From assembly GCF_009914755.1 (NCBI RefSeq), contig NC_060928.1: a stretch of 64,000 bases of DNA; one strand, given 5' to 3'. The notes below the pieces were generated by a model. That model was not told the origin of the DNA. It was given only the letters and a program-made list of their open reading frames with translations, and ran no database searches. This document shows, in pieces, positions 27,810 to 44,413 of this stretch (its first letter is position 1; each line of letters opens with the position of its first letter). The position numbers were made by a program, and so were the translations under genes. The DNA is from the human T2T-CHM13v2.0 reference genome, Homo sapiens.

Positions 27810-30064
27810 TGATATGGTTTGGCTGTTTCTTCACCCAGATCTCATCTTGAATTTCCATGTGTTGTGAGAGGGACCCAGTAGGAGGTAATTGAATCATGGG
27901 GGCAGGCATTTCCTGTGCTGTTCTCATGATAGCAAATATGTCTCATAAGATCCAATGGTTTTAAAAAGGGAAGTTTCCCCACACAAGCTCCCTCTTCTCT
28001 TGTCTGCCACCATGTAAGACATGCCTTCCACCTTCTACCATGATTATGAGCCTCCCCAGGCACATGGAACTGTAAGTCCATTAAACCTCTTTCTTTTGTA
28101 AATTGCCCAGTTTCTGGTATGTCTTTATCAGCAGTGGGAAAGCAGACTAATAGAGTAAATTGGTACCAGTAGAGTGGGGCACTGCTGGAAAGATACCCAG
28201 AAAGTTGCTGGGAGCAATTTGTTATAGGAAGAGGTTAGAACGGTTTGGAGGGCTCAGAAGAAGACAAGAAAATGTGGGAAAGTTTGAAACTCCTTAGAGA
28301 CTTGTTGAATGGCTCTGACCAAAATGCTGATAATGATATGGACAATAAAATCCAGGCTGAGGTGGTCTCAGATGGAGATGAGGAACATGTTGAGAATTGG
28401 AGCAAAAGTGACTCTTGTTATGTTTTAGCAAAGAGCTGGTGGCATTTTTCCCCTGTCCTAAAGATTTGAACTTTCAACTTGAGAGACATGATTTAGGGTA
28501 TCTGGCGAAGTAATTTCTAAGCAGCAAAGCATTCAAGAGGTGACTTGGGGCTGTTAAAGGTATTCAGTTTTAAAATGGAAACAGAGCATAAAGTTCAGAA
28601 CATTTGCAGTCTGACAATGTGATAGAAAAGAAAAATCCCATTTTCTGAGGAGAAATTCAAGCCGGTTGCAGGAATTTGCATAAGCAATGAGAAGTTGAAT
28701 GTTAATCCCCAAGACAATGGGAAAAACGTCTCCAGGGCATGTCAGAAGCCATCACAGCAGTACTCCCATCACAGCCTGGAGACCTAGGAGGAAAAAGTGG
28801 TTTCATGGGCTGGGCCCAGGGTCCACATGCTGTGTGCAGTCTAGGGACTTGGTGCCCTGTGTCCCAGCTGCTCCAGCCATGGCTGAAAGGGGCCAACATA
28901 GAGCTCAGTCCATGGCTTCAGAGGATGTAAGGCCCAAGCTTTGGCAGCTTCCATGTAGTGTTGAGACTGTGAGGGTGCAGATGTCAAGAATTGAGGTTTG
29001 GGAACCTCCTCCTAGATTTCAGAAGATGTATGGAAATGCCTGGATGCCCAGGCAGAAGTTTGCTGCAGGGGAAGGGCCCTCATGGAAAACTTCTGTGAAG
29101 GTGATTTGGAAGGGAAATGTCAGAGCCCTCATACAGTGTCCCTAATGGGGCAGTGCCTAGTGGAGGTGTGAGAAGAGGGCCACCATTCTCCAGAACTTAG
29201 AATGGTAGATCTACTGACAGCTTGCACTGCGCACCTGGAAAAGCTACAGACACTCAATGCCAGCCTGTGAAAGCAACTGGGAGGGAGGCTGTACCCTGCA
29301 AAGCCACAGGGGTGGAGCTGCCCAAGACCATGGGAACCCATCTCTTGCATCAGCATGACCCAGGATGAGAGACATGAAGTCAAAAGAGATCATTTTGGAG
29401 CTTTAAGATTTGACGGCCCTGCTGGATTTTGGACTTACATGGGGCCTGTAGCCCTGTTGTTTTGGCCAATTTTTCCCATTTGGAATAGCTGTATTTACAC
29501 AATTCCTGTACCCCCCACTGTATCTAGGAAGTAACTAACTTGTTTTTGATTTTACAGGCTCATAGGTGGAAGGGACTTTCCTTGTTTCAGATGAGACTTT
29601 GGACTGTGGACTTTTGAGTGAATTCTGAAATGAGTTAAGACTTTGGGTGACTGTTGGGAAGGCATGACTGGTTTTGAAATGTGAGGACATGAGATTTGGG
29701 AGGGGGCCAGGGGTGAAATGATATGGTTTGGCTGTGTCCCCACCCAAATCTAGTCTTGAATTTCCACATGTTGTGAGAGGGACCTGGTAGGAAGTAACTG
29801 AATCATAGGGGCAGGCCTTTCCCATGCTGTTCTCATGATAGCAAATAAGTCTCATGAGATCTGATGGTTGTGAAAAGGGGAGTTGCCCCACACAAGCTCT
29901 CTCTCCTCTTGTCCGCCACCATGTGAGACATGCCTTCTGCCTTCCACCATTATTGTGAGGTGTTGCCAGCCACATGGAACTGTAAGTCTATTACACCTCT
30001 TTCTTTTCTAAATTGCCCTGTCTCAGGTATGTCTTTATCAGCAGCATGAAAACTGACTAATACA
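27810..30064 (+). mobile_element. Complete THE1 (THE1B-like) MaLR: LTR 27810-28154, internal 28155-29718, LTR 29719-30064
   Basis: LTRs start tgatatggtttggctgt; perfect 5-bp TSD ctggg at 27805-27809 and 30065-30069 within L1 ORF2. Confidence 0.95.
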
Positions 30065-32251
30065 CTGGGTATATACCCAGAGGAATATAAAGCATTCTAC
30101 CATAAAGACACATGCATGTGAATGTTCATTGCAGCACTATCCACAGTAGCAAAGACATGAAATCAATCTAAATAACCATCAGTGGTATACTGGATAAAGA
30201 AAATATGGTACATATACACCATGGAATATGATACAGCCATTGAAAAAGAATGAGATCATATTCTTTGCAGGAACATGAATGGAGCTAGAGGCCATCATCC
30301 ATAGCAAACTAACACAGGAACAGAAAACCAAATACTGCATGTTCTTTCTTATAAGTGGGTGCTAAATGATAGGAACACATGGACACAAAGAGGGGAGCAA
30401 CTGACAGCAGGTTCTACTTAAGGGTGGAGGGTAGGAGACAGGAGAGGATCAGAAAAAAATAATATATTGGGTCCAAGGCTTAGTAACTGGGTGATGGAAT
30501 AATCTGTACAACAAACCCCTGTGACACAGTTTACCTATGTGACAAATCTGCATATGTACCCCAGAACCTAAAATAAAAGTTAAAACAAAAGATTATAAAA
30601 ATAACTCAGCTTTTAGAATGTGTTTGTTTGTAAGAGATAACAAAACCCTAGCAAAAAACAATAAGGAATACAGGGTAGTAGTAATATTCAAAGTGTAGTT
30701 GAAGCATGTTAAAGATTTTGTTTGCTTTGGAGGAAACAAAATGTCTCCAATAACGCCCTCAGATTTTGTTAGAAAAACTTACGGTTAACTATGCACCAGT
30801 TAGGTTCTATAGATTAGCTAGAATCTCCTTTACCATGATACCTATATATCTGTGCGTAAATTCCACTTCCTGAATTCAGAAATATACTTGGATGAGGCTT
30901 TCATTGGTGAGGTTGAAGGTGACAAGTCCGGGCTGTGGTTGTGTCTGAGTGTACTGTGCTATTCTATACCCTGCCATATTACACAGTTCATGACTCCAGA
31001 TTGTCATCCACCTGTACCTTGTCAACCCGCATCCACAGATCCTGACTGGCATATGAGCATATGGACAAGGAGAAGGACATTTATGCTGACTGAATTTCTG
31101 ATATGTCCCTTAATTATGTAGACATTATTATCCATACAGGTGAAGCTCTTAAAGTTTGAACTGCTATCTCTTCTAGAGAATGTTACTAATATTTTTTCTG
31201 TAAATTCTATTTTTGATGGCTTTCTTCCCTATCCTTTAGAGCAGTAAACCCTGTTTGATCTACCCAAATGATATTTGGTCTGTCATTTCTTCCAATATGA
31301 TCTTACAAATTATTATACTATAGGTTCCAACTAGTAGAGGAAATTTATAACCCTCAAACATGAAGAGAAAAACAATGTACATGTGTATGTGTGCATGTGC
31401 ATGTATGCGTGTGGGTGTGCTTGCGGGAAGAAGTATAGAAAATGTTATCAATTCAACAGAAAGCAGGAATAAGGATGGACAAAGTATGAGATAGAAAATA
31501 CCAAATCAGAGTAGAAATGAGCCCTGATACATAGAAAATTTCTCTAAAAAGTCACTCATAAAAAAGAGATTATCACTTTGGACACAAAGAAAAAACACAT
31601 TAATGTTGCTTTTACAAGAGACTGATTTAAAACAAAATAACACAGGAATATTGACAATAGAGTGATGAAAAGAGATGCACCAGATATCTGTTGTCCTAAA
31701 AGAAACAGTACAAAAGTAACATAATAATCATGAATTTGTATGTGCTAGCAATAAAGCTTTGAAATATGGAAAGTAAACATGGATAGAATTTTAGGGAGAA
31801 ATTGACAAATGCACATTCAAATAAAAAATATTAATAAGGTTATGTAAGTGTTAAACAACTTGATTAATAAGCTTGGTCTTAACAAGTGTTAACAAACTTG
31901 GTTTATTATAGAAATTTATCCTGCAAAATAAATATGCGTTTATTTTTCAGGTACATAGAATTAATTACTTATTTTTATCCTACAGAAACTCTGTACCATG
32001 GAGGGTTTAGCAGTGCTGTACCGCTACTACCACTCTTCCTACTAAAATTATTACCACTATTATTACTGTTACTAGTTTATTACTAATAGCCTACACTAAT
32101 TTAGCATTTAAATGTACATGAAACATGCCTAATATGCATTTTCTCATTTAAAAACCAGAACAATATTTTGAATATACATGCTTTCTCATTCAAAGTGCAA
32201 AGAATATCAGCAGTGACAAAACATTTTCTGTTATTTAGGTTAAGAGTATTG

Positions 32252-32375
32252 TATGTGAGGTAATGCATATGCTTATTAGCTAGATTTAGTCATTTCACAG
32301 TGTATATATACTTCATAACATCATATTATACAATGGTAAATACATACAATTTTATCTGTTGATGTAAAAAAAAAT
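32252..32375 (+). mobile_element. L1MA/MB 3' terminus fragment
   Basis: tatgtgaggtaatgcatatgcttattagctagatttagtcattt plus A tail. Confidence 0.7.
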
Positions 32376-32886
32376 TTAAGAAGCATATTCCATCACTGTT
32401 AATGGATAACCTATCAGACGTAATGAGAAGAATCTTTTAAAAACCTACCTGCCATGAAAGCATCACTATAGAAAACATATCACTACTATCAGAATGGCAG
32501 AGAAACTGGATCAATTATACAATGCTGGTGGGAATGTAAAATGGCACAGCCATTCTGGAAAACAGCTTGGCAGTCTCTTTAAAAGAAAACTAAATATGCA
32601 GTAAATATGCATTATTGGGCATTTATCATAGGGAAATGAGAACTTATGTTCATGCAAAATCCTGTTCATGAATATTCTTAGCAGCTTATTCGTAATATCA
32701 AAAACTGGAAGCAACTCAAATGTCCTTCAACGGGTGAATGGTTAAACAAACTGTGTTCCATCCATACCATTCAATACTACTTAGCAATATGAAGGAATGA
32801 ACTATTGATACAAGCAACAATTTGGATGTATCTTAAGGTAATTAGGCCGAACGAGAAAAGCCAATCTTAAAATGTTACATACTATT

Positions 32887-33180
<294 letters not shown>

Positions 33181-33388
33181 GTTACATACTATCAGATTCT
33201 GTTTATATTGTGTTCTTGAAATAAAATTGTAGAGATCGATGGAACACAAATTAGTAGTTGCCAGGTGTTAGGGATGGGAGGTTGGAGTTGAGTGGGTGTT
33301 GCCATAAAGAGGTAGTGGTTATGGGAGCCTTGCAGTGATAAATCAGTTCTGTATCTTCAGGGTGATGGTTACACAGATCTACAGCAGA

Positions 33389-33428
33389 TCACACACATAC
33401 ACACACGCACACACACACACACACACAC
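33389..33428. repeat. (CA)n microsatellite, imperfect
   Basis: About 20 CA units with two interruptions. Confidence 0.95.
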
Positions 33429-34126
33429 GTACTTACAAAACTAGTGAAATCTGATAAACTCTGTGGATTGTACCGATGTAATTTTCTTGGTTTTGATATT
33501 TTACATTAGTTATGCAAAAATGTTATCATTGGGAGAAACTGGATGAAGGGTAAAAGGCACCTCCCTGTACATGGTTTTTTTTTTTTTGAATTTCCTGTGA
33601 ATCTACAATTATTTAAAAACTAAAAGTTAAAAAAGTGATCTATTCAATATTTGTCTTTTACAGTTGATTATCATAATTTTTGTGTTAAAAATTGTGAAAG
33701 CCCTGAATCAATATTTAATAAGATAAGTTTCTGTGAATGTGGATGGTAGGCTCTTTACATTCCAGGGAACATAGTTATAAATGTTTTTCCTTTTCTTGAC
33801 AAAGGAAGAGGTTTTTGGTTTGTTTGTTTAGACAAACCCACATGTTTTTAGAAAAAAGTAATTTATTTATTTTATTTTATTTTATTTTATTTTTGTTGTT
33901 CCAGTTATATCTTTTTTTTATTATTATACTTTAAGTTCAAGGGTACATGTGCACAGCGTGCTGGTTTCTTACATATGTATACATGTGCCATGTTGGTGTG
34001 CTGCACCCATTAACTCATCATTTACATTAGGTATATCTCCTAATGCTATCCCTTCCCTCTCCCCACACCCCACAACAGGCCCTGGTGTGTGATGTTCTCC
34101 TTCCTGTGTCCAAGTGTTCTCATTCT

Positions 34127-37959
<3,833 letters not shown>

Positions 37960-38022
37960 TATGATGTTAGCTGGATATTTTGCTCGTTAGTTGATGCAGT
38001 TTCTTCCTGGCATCGATGATAT

Positions 38023-39035
38023 TTACAATTTGGCATGTTTTTGCAGTGGGTGGTACCAGTTGTCCCTTTCCCTGTTTAGTGTGTCCTTCAGGAGCTCTTG
38101 TAGGGCAGGCCTGGTGGTGACAAAATCTCTCAGCATTTGCTTGTCTGTAAAGGATTTTATTTCTCCTTCACATATGAAGCTTAGTTTGGCAGGATATGAA
38201 ATTCTGGGTTGAAAATTCTTTTCTTTAAGAATGTTGAATATTGGCCCCCTCTCTCTTCTGGCTTGTAGAGTTTCTGCCGAGAGATCTGCTGTTAGCCTGA
38301 TGTGCTTCCTTTGTGGGTAACCCAACCTTTCTCTCTGGCTGCCCTTAACATTTTTTCCTTCATTTCGACTTTGGTGAATCTGAAAATTATGTGTCTTGGA
38401 GTTGCTCTTCTTGAGTAGTATCTTTGTGGTGTTCTCTGTATTTCCTGAGTTTGAATGTTGGCCTGCCTTGCTAGGTTGGGGAAGTTCTCCTGGATAATAT
38501 CCTGCAGAGTGTTTTCCAACTTGGTTCCATTCTCCCCATCACTTTCAGGTACACCAATCAGACATAGATTTGGTCTTTTCACATAGTCCCATATTTCTTG
38601 GAGGCTTTGTTCATTTCTTTTTATTCTTTTTTCTCTAAACTTCTTTTCTCACTTCATTTCATTCCTTTGATCTTCAATCACTGATACCCTTTCTTCCAAT
38701 TGTTCGAATCAGTTACGGAAATTTGTGCATTTGTAATGTAGTTCTCGTGCCATGGTTTTCAGCTCCATCAGGTCATTTAAGGACTTCTCTACACTGATTA
38801 TTCTAGTTAGCCGTTTGTCTGATCTTTTCTCAAGGTTTTTAGCTTCTTTGTGTTGGGTTCGAACTACCTCCTTTAGCTCAGACAAGTTTGATCATCTGAA
38901 GCCTTCTCCCAACTCGTCAAAGTCATTCTCTGACCAGCTTTGTTCCATTGCTGGCAAGGATCTGCATTCCTTTGGAGGGGGAGAGACGCTCTAATTTTTA
39001 GAATTTTCAGCTTTTCTGCTCTGTTTTTTCCCCAT
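38023..39035 (-). pseudogene. L1 ORF1p, fragmented
   Basis: ATG at 39035 (MGKKQ); pieces 38292-38582 and 38023-38325. Confidence 0.93.
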
Positions 39036-39610
39036 CTTTGTGGTTTTATCTACCTTTGGTCTTTGATGATGGCGATGTACAGATGTGGTTTTGGTGTGGA
39101 TGTCCTTTCTGTTTGTTAATTTTCCTTCTAACTTTCAGGACCCTCAGCTGCAGGTCTGTTGGCATTTGCTGGAGGTCCACTCCAGACCCTGTTTGCCTGG
39201 GTATCAGCAGCAGAGGCTGCAGAACAGCAAATATTGCTGAACAGCATATGTTGCTGCCTGATCGTTCCTCTGGAGGCTTCATCTCAGAGGGGTACCAGGC
39301 TGTGTGAGGTGTCAGTCTGCCCCTACTGGGGGGTGCCTCCCAGTTAGGCTACTCAGGGGTCAGGGACCCACTTGAGGAGGCAGTCTGTCTGTTCTCACAT
39401 CTTAGACTCTGTGCTGAGAAAACCACTACTGTCTTTACAACTGTCAGACAGGGACATTTAAGTCTGCAGAGGTTTCTGCTGCCTTTTCTTCAGCTATGCC
39501 CTGCCCCCAGAGGTGGAGTCTACAGAGGCAGGCAGGCCTCCTTGAGCTGCAGTGGCCTCCACCTAGTCTGAGCTTCCTGGCAGCTTTGTTTACCTACTCA
39601 AGCCTCAGCA

Positions 39611-39793
39611 ATGGTGGGCGCCTCTCCCCCAGCCTCACTGCTGCCTTGCAGTTTGATCTCAGACTGCTGTGTTAGCAATGAGCGAGGCTCTGTGGGCATG
39701 GGACCCTCTGAGCCAGGTGCGGGATATAATCTCCTGTTGTGCTCTTTGCTAAGACCATTGGAAAAGCGCAGTATTAGGGTTGGAGTGACCTGA
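39611..39793 (+). pseudogene. ORF0: L1 antisense ORF0, truncated to 60 aa
   Basis: MVGASPPASLLPCSLISDCC...SEPGAGY matches primate L1 ORF0. Confidence 0.8.
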
Positions 39794-40640
39794 TTTTCCA
39801 GGTGCCATTTTTCACAGCTTCCCTTGGCTAGGAAAGGGAATTCCCTGACCCCCTGTGCTTCCCAGGTGAGGCGATGCCTCACCCTGCTTCAGCTCATGCT
39901 TGGTGGGCTGCACACACTGTCCTGCACCCACTGTCTGACAAGCCCCAGGGAGATGAACCTGGTACCTCAGTTGGAAATGCAGAAATCACCCGTCTTCTGT
40001 GTCGCTCACACTGGGAGCTGTAGACTGGAGCTGTTCCTATTTGGCCATCTTGGAACCACCCCCCAATTTATTTAATTTTTATAGATTGCCAATTATGTAG
40101 AACTTCAAGGTAATACTGTGTCTTAGTTGTCTTTATTTGCTTCTATAGCCTGAAACAACCAAAATACAGTAATCATTTCTGACACTCAACACATGCTTGC
40201 TGATTTCTTAATTTTGCTGCCCCTATTCTGCACTGTTATGCCAGATGTGTAACTCCCTCTTTCCTTGGTGTTCATGAGAAAACAATTTGAGCAATTTCCT
40301 AACTAAGGCGTTTGTGTGGGCAGCTGACTTTTCAGGTATGACTAAATGAATATGGTTTACATGATACAATGCAGGCCACTTAATATTTAAGATTTTAAAT
40401 ACCTCTTTTTAAAAGTTCTTTGGTGGCTTTTTTCATAGACCTGTTATCTCTGTAGGTGGTAGACTTCTGTCATGTAGCCTTAATCCTTTCTCTCTATAAA
40501 CTTTTCCCACTTCTCCCTTTTATATTCTTTCTTGCCCATACATTTTTTCGTTAAACAAATTCAGAGTGGTTTTTGGTCTAATTGTTCTCTTCTACTCATC
40601 TGTCCAGAGCCTCACCTTTCATTCCTAACAAAGACAATTT

Positions 40641-40937
40641 TTTTTTTTTTGAGACAGAGTCTCACTCTGTTGCCCAGGCTGGACTGCAGTGGTGCTATCT
40701 CTATCTCGGCTCACTGCAAGCTTTGCCTCCCAGGTTCATGCCATTCTCCTGACTCAGCCTCCTGAGTAGCTGGGACTACAGGTGCCTGCCACCATGCCTG
40801 GCTAATTTTTTGAATTTTTAGTAGAGACGGGGTTTCACTGTGTTAGCCAGGATGGTCTCGATCTCCTGACCTCGTGATCTGCCCACCTCAGCCTTCCAAA
40901 GTGCTGGGATTACAGGCGTGAGCCACTGCACCTGGCC
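40641..40937 (-). mobile_element. AluY
   Basis: Diagnostics gcaagct, ttcatgccattctc, ttagccaggatggtctcgatctcc; TSD gacaattt(t/c)ttttt at 40633 and 40938; internal ctatct duplication. Confidence 0.95.
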
Positions 40938-41504
40938 GACAATTTCTTTTTAAGTGGAGCTTAGACACTGGTTATTGATTACTTGCAACTTGTCCTATAG
41001 CAGTTGTAAAAAACCTCTTTAATGCTTTTTGCAACAATTTGGGGTGTAAGTGAACAAATAAAAGAAAGTTTTGTATATACTACACAGAAATGTGTAAATA
41101 TATGACTAAAATATATGCATAAAAATGTTCATAGCAGCATTATTTGTAATGGCCATGAAAAAAAGGAAACAACCAAATGCTTATCAACAGTGGAATGAAT
41201 AGTATGTTCATCCTATATTCTGCACTATATTACATTAGTAATATAGCACCACCACCACCACTACCCTTTACCCTGCTTCATGATATTTCTTGCAGTGAAG
41301 ATCCCCACCTGATAATTAACATGTATTTATTTGTTTGTTGTTTATCTTACCAAACTAGCATGAAACCTCCAAATTGCAAAGGATGTGCCTATTTCTTATA
41401 TAGTACAAAATAGGGACAGGAAAATTAAGAAACCAGCAAACATGTTAGTATCTGAAATGATTCATATGTTTTGTTCATTATAGGCTATAGAAACTTTGCT
41501 CCAA

Positions 41505-42061
41505 CCCACTGGGATAGGAAACCACTAAAAAATTGCAGTCCTAATACTGGGACTAACCCGTGGCAGGGAATGTTGCTGCCATACACTCCTAGAGACACCA
41601 CAGGGCATGCACGTCTGATCCTGATCTGCCCATCCTGCACCATGAGCAGACCCCAACTGGAGATGGAGGATGACGGTGAACATAGGCTTGTCACCCCTGA
41701 TGACACTACCAGGGTCCTCACAATCCTGGCTGGAGGGCAGCAACAGTCACAGAGCAGGGGCTTGGAGGGGATGGCTGGCTGGAATCCCAGGTACTAAGTA
41801 CCAGGGACCTAGAGCAGGTGGCTGAAAACCTATCCAGGGGAGGTGGGAAGGCAGCAGGCTGTAGGGTCTATAGGACTAAGACTCCAAGTCCTGAAACATG
41901 CTCCATTGTCCTATCAGATTTCACTTCCATAATACAAGTTCAAACAAAAAATTAAGGATTTCAAGAAAGTGACTGTGGAGCTTTAAGCCCAAAGTACGGT
42001 GCCTTTCTGAGTGTTGGTCCTGTGTGGCTGCACTTATCTCATGGTTGTGGAGCCAGGCCTG
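41505..42061. mobile_element. hAT-Tip100 DNA transposon fragment (MER45/FordPrefect-like)
   Basis: End ...aaggatttcaag...ctttctgagtgttggtcctgtgtggctgcac...gagccaggcctg resembles the MER45 terminus; left boundary uncertain. Confidence 0.6.
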
Positions 42062-42109
42062 TGTGCAACATAAGAATAAAAAAAAAAAAAAGAAAAGAAA
42101 CAAAGATAA

Positions 42110-42540
42110 CTAAGTCCTACCTTAAAGTTGTACATAATTGACAATCTATAGCAATGAAATACAATAGAGCTAATGCTACATTACAGTGACATGGGTAAAG
42201 CTCCACAATTCAATGTTGGGCAGAAACCAGACATAAAAAAATACCGTTTGATTTATTTCGATAAAGTTCACAAATAGGAAAAACAAATCAGTAATGTTAG
42301 AAATCAGGATAGTGGTTTCTTTTGGGAAAGTGGCCTTAGGGGGACTTCTAGGGTACTGGTAATATTTTATTTCTTGAAATTCATGGAGGCTACAAAAGTA
42401 TGTTCACTTTGTGAATGTTCATTGCATTTGTATATTATGTATTATGGTATACATAGTTGGTATAGTAATTATAATAGCTAGTTTATAGTTTGTGTATTAT
42501 TTATATCATACTTCAGTTACATAGTTTCTTTTTAGAAAGG
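42110..42540 (+). mobile_element. L1ME 3' fragment (another piece at about 41060-41220)
   Basis: tgttagaaatcaggatagtggtttc...ttcactttgtgaatgttcattg. Confidence 0.6.
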
Positions 42541-42734
42541 CGAGTTAAGTATTCTCATTTCTATTTCTTAATTGTGCAAATTAACTTAGAAGATTGATTT
42601 ATTTGGCATTGAATCAGCTGTAGAACACAGGTCTAGTGCTTCTGTATCACTGCTACAGCTTTCAAAAAAAGTTTACTTAAATTAACATCCATTTAGATGA
42701 TTAAACTTTTCCTGCCATTCTTCACCTTTTACTT

Positions 42735-43056
42735 TCTCTATAAAAGACCATGTAGTAGATATTTTGGGCTTTAAGGGTCATATGGTCTCTGTTGTAACAA
42801 TTCAACTTTGCCAATATAGTGCAGAATCAGCCATAGACAATACATAAAAGAATGAATGTGATGGTGTTTCAACAGAACTTTATTTATAGGTAATAAAACT
42901 TGAATTTTATATAATTTTTACGTATTATGAAATAGTATTCTTCTTCTGTTTTCTTTGCAACCATTCAAAAATATCAAAACCATTCTTAGTTCCTGAGCCA
43001 TACATAAATGGGTGGCAGACTAGATTTGTCCATGAGCCTCAGTTTGCCAACCCCTG
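42735..43056. mobile_element. MER58B-like hAT-Charlie element
   Basis: cagccatagacaatacataa...tagatttgtccatgagcctcagtttgccaacccctg. Confidence 0.8.
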
Positions 43057-43708
43057 TTTAAGGAGGTTTATTTGCAGTATTGATGTTAGTTATAATTTAT
43101 ATCCATAATTTATGTGTTTCCTTATATTCATGGGCAAAGGAGTAGCACCCCACCTTCCATTCTGTCAAGCTCTTTAAATTGTAACATTTTCAACTTGTTT
43201 AGTATATCACTAATTTCATGGCTCATAGGTTAAGCCAGAAAGTTCCCTGGAAAACACTTCAGTTTGCAAGTTCTCTCCTGTGTTTTCTTTCATTTCTTCC
43301 CTTTGCATTTAATGAGAATAAACAAAATGTTCTGGAATAAGAACAAGTAGATTCATCAAATGTCAACAGCTGTTGAACCATCTGTTATTGAAAAAGTGTT
43401 TGATTAGCACCCTAGGGCAATCAAGCCACTTTAGCTGCGGGTGTACTAAGTGAAAGAGGAAATAGAAGGCACAGCTAACTAATGATGGGTTTCACTATTG
43501 ATAAGAGCCCACCTCATTTGGAAAAAGATGGACATAACAAAGGAGTAGTAACTAAAAGACTGCTAATAAACTGTCCTTCGTAAGAACTCATGTTTATTTT
43601 GGTGAAAATATTAAAGAAAGTCATGGAAGGTGAAAAGAAAGAGCTGAAAAAGTTACCTGTTAATATGTGAAATCAAAATCTGTTGGTCTGTATGTCATTG
43701 ATTCTCAG

Positions 43709-44073
43709 TTGACTTCCTGGGCTTGAATGCTAGACATTTCCCACAAATGTGGTACCAGATTTTGCTCATCGAGTTTTGGCTACAGCTGAGAATGAAAGCT
43801 ATTTTAGAAATGTCTGGCAGACTGAACTCACAGCCCTGAGTGTCATAAGATGTGGTGTAGTTGATCCTACTTCCATAAAGCTGGAAAAAAGATGTGGTGA
43901 AGAGTGGAGCAAAAATTGCTGCAAGGAACATAGAAGAGGTGGCATACATCCACAAACTTAGCACCTAGGAAAGATTTGGGTTTACTGAAACAAATGAGAA
44001 TTTGGCCCGTGGAGATTATGGGATGGAATTCAAGGCAGTAAACGCTTCTATTCAAACAGCAAGACAGTGCTAA
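43709..44073 (+). mobile_element. Highly diverged CR1/L3-clade LINE ORF2 C-terminal remnant
   Basis: KIAARNIEEVAYIHKLST*ERFGFTETNENLARGDYGMEFK aligns without gaps to the remembered CR1 tail [41 protein letters not shown]. Confidence 0.5.
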
Positions 44074-44189
44074 AGGTCATCCAAGGAAATGCTGTAATAT
44101 GTGACTACAACTGCATTTCTTTGAATGTGCATCCAAAAATTCCAGTATTTTGTGTAAAGTGTGCCATGAACACAATCATGGCTTAAATA

Positions 44190-44413
44190 AGTGTTTCTCA
44201 ACGTGAACACTGCTGGGACATTGGGGAGGGTAATTTTTTTGTTGTAAGAATAGTCTCACATGCTTTGCAGGGTGTTTTTCATCCCTGGTGCCACCCACTA
44301 AATTATGACCATATCCCCCAGCTATTGTGACAACTAAAACATCTTTACATCTTCACACTCTTCCAAATGCCTGTTAGAGATATAATACCACCAATCCTCA
44401 TTAAGAAACGCTG
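44190..44413. mobile_element. MER20 hAT-Charlie element
   Basis: agtgtttctcaac...ttgtgacaactaaaacatct...ttaagaaacgctg with terminal inverted repeats. Confidence 0.75.

Larger units (their letters stand above)
12877..30586 (+). mobile_element. Full-length L1PA13-16-type LINE-1 interrupted by Harlequin and THE1
   Basis: 5' end gagggaggctggccaggattgccaactagaagcagc, long 5'UTR, ORF1 and ORF2 remnants, 3' end aacctaaaataaaagttaaaa; degenerate TSD ending aagatt at 12876 and 30594. Confidence 0.92.
9130..32000 (+). mobile_element. Ancient L1M element surviving as pieces (about 9130-9858, 11435-11532, 12074-12876, 30595-32000) around later insertions
   Basis: Colinear ORF1-like pieces (12508-12726 ...TRILYLANLS) then inter-ORF and ORF2-start-like A-rich pieces after 30595. 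Confidence 0.55.

Noticed and set aside
28245-29975. ORFs up to 148 aa in 28-30 kb
   Set aside because: Broken pieces of the THE1 internal ORF and LTR antisense frames
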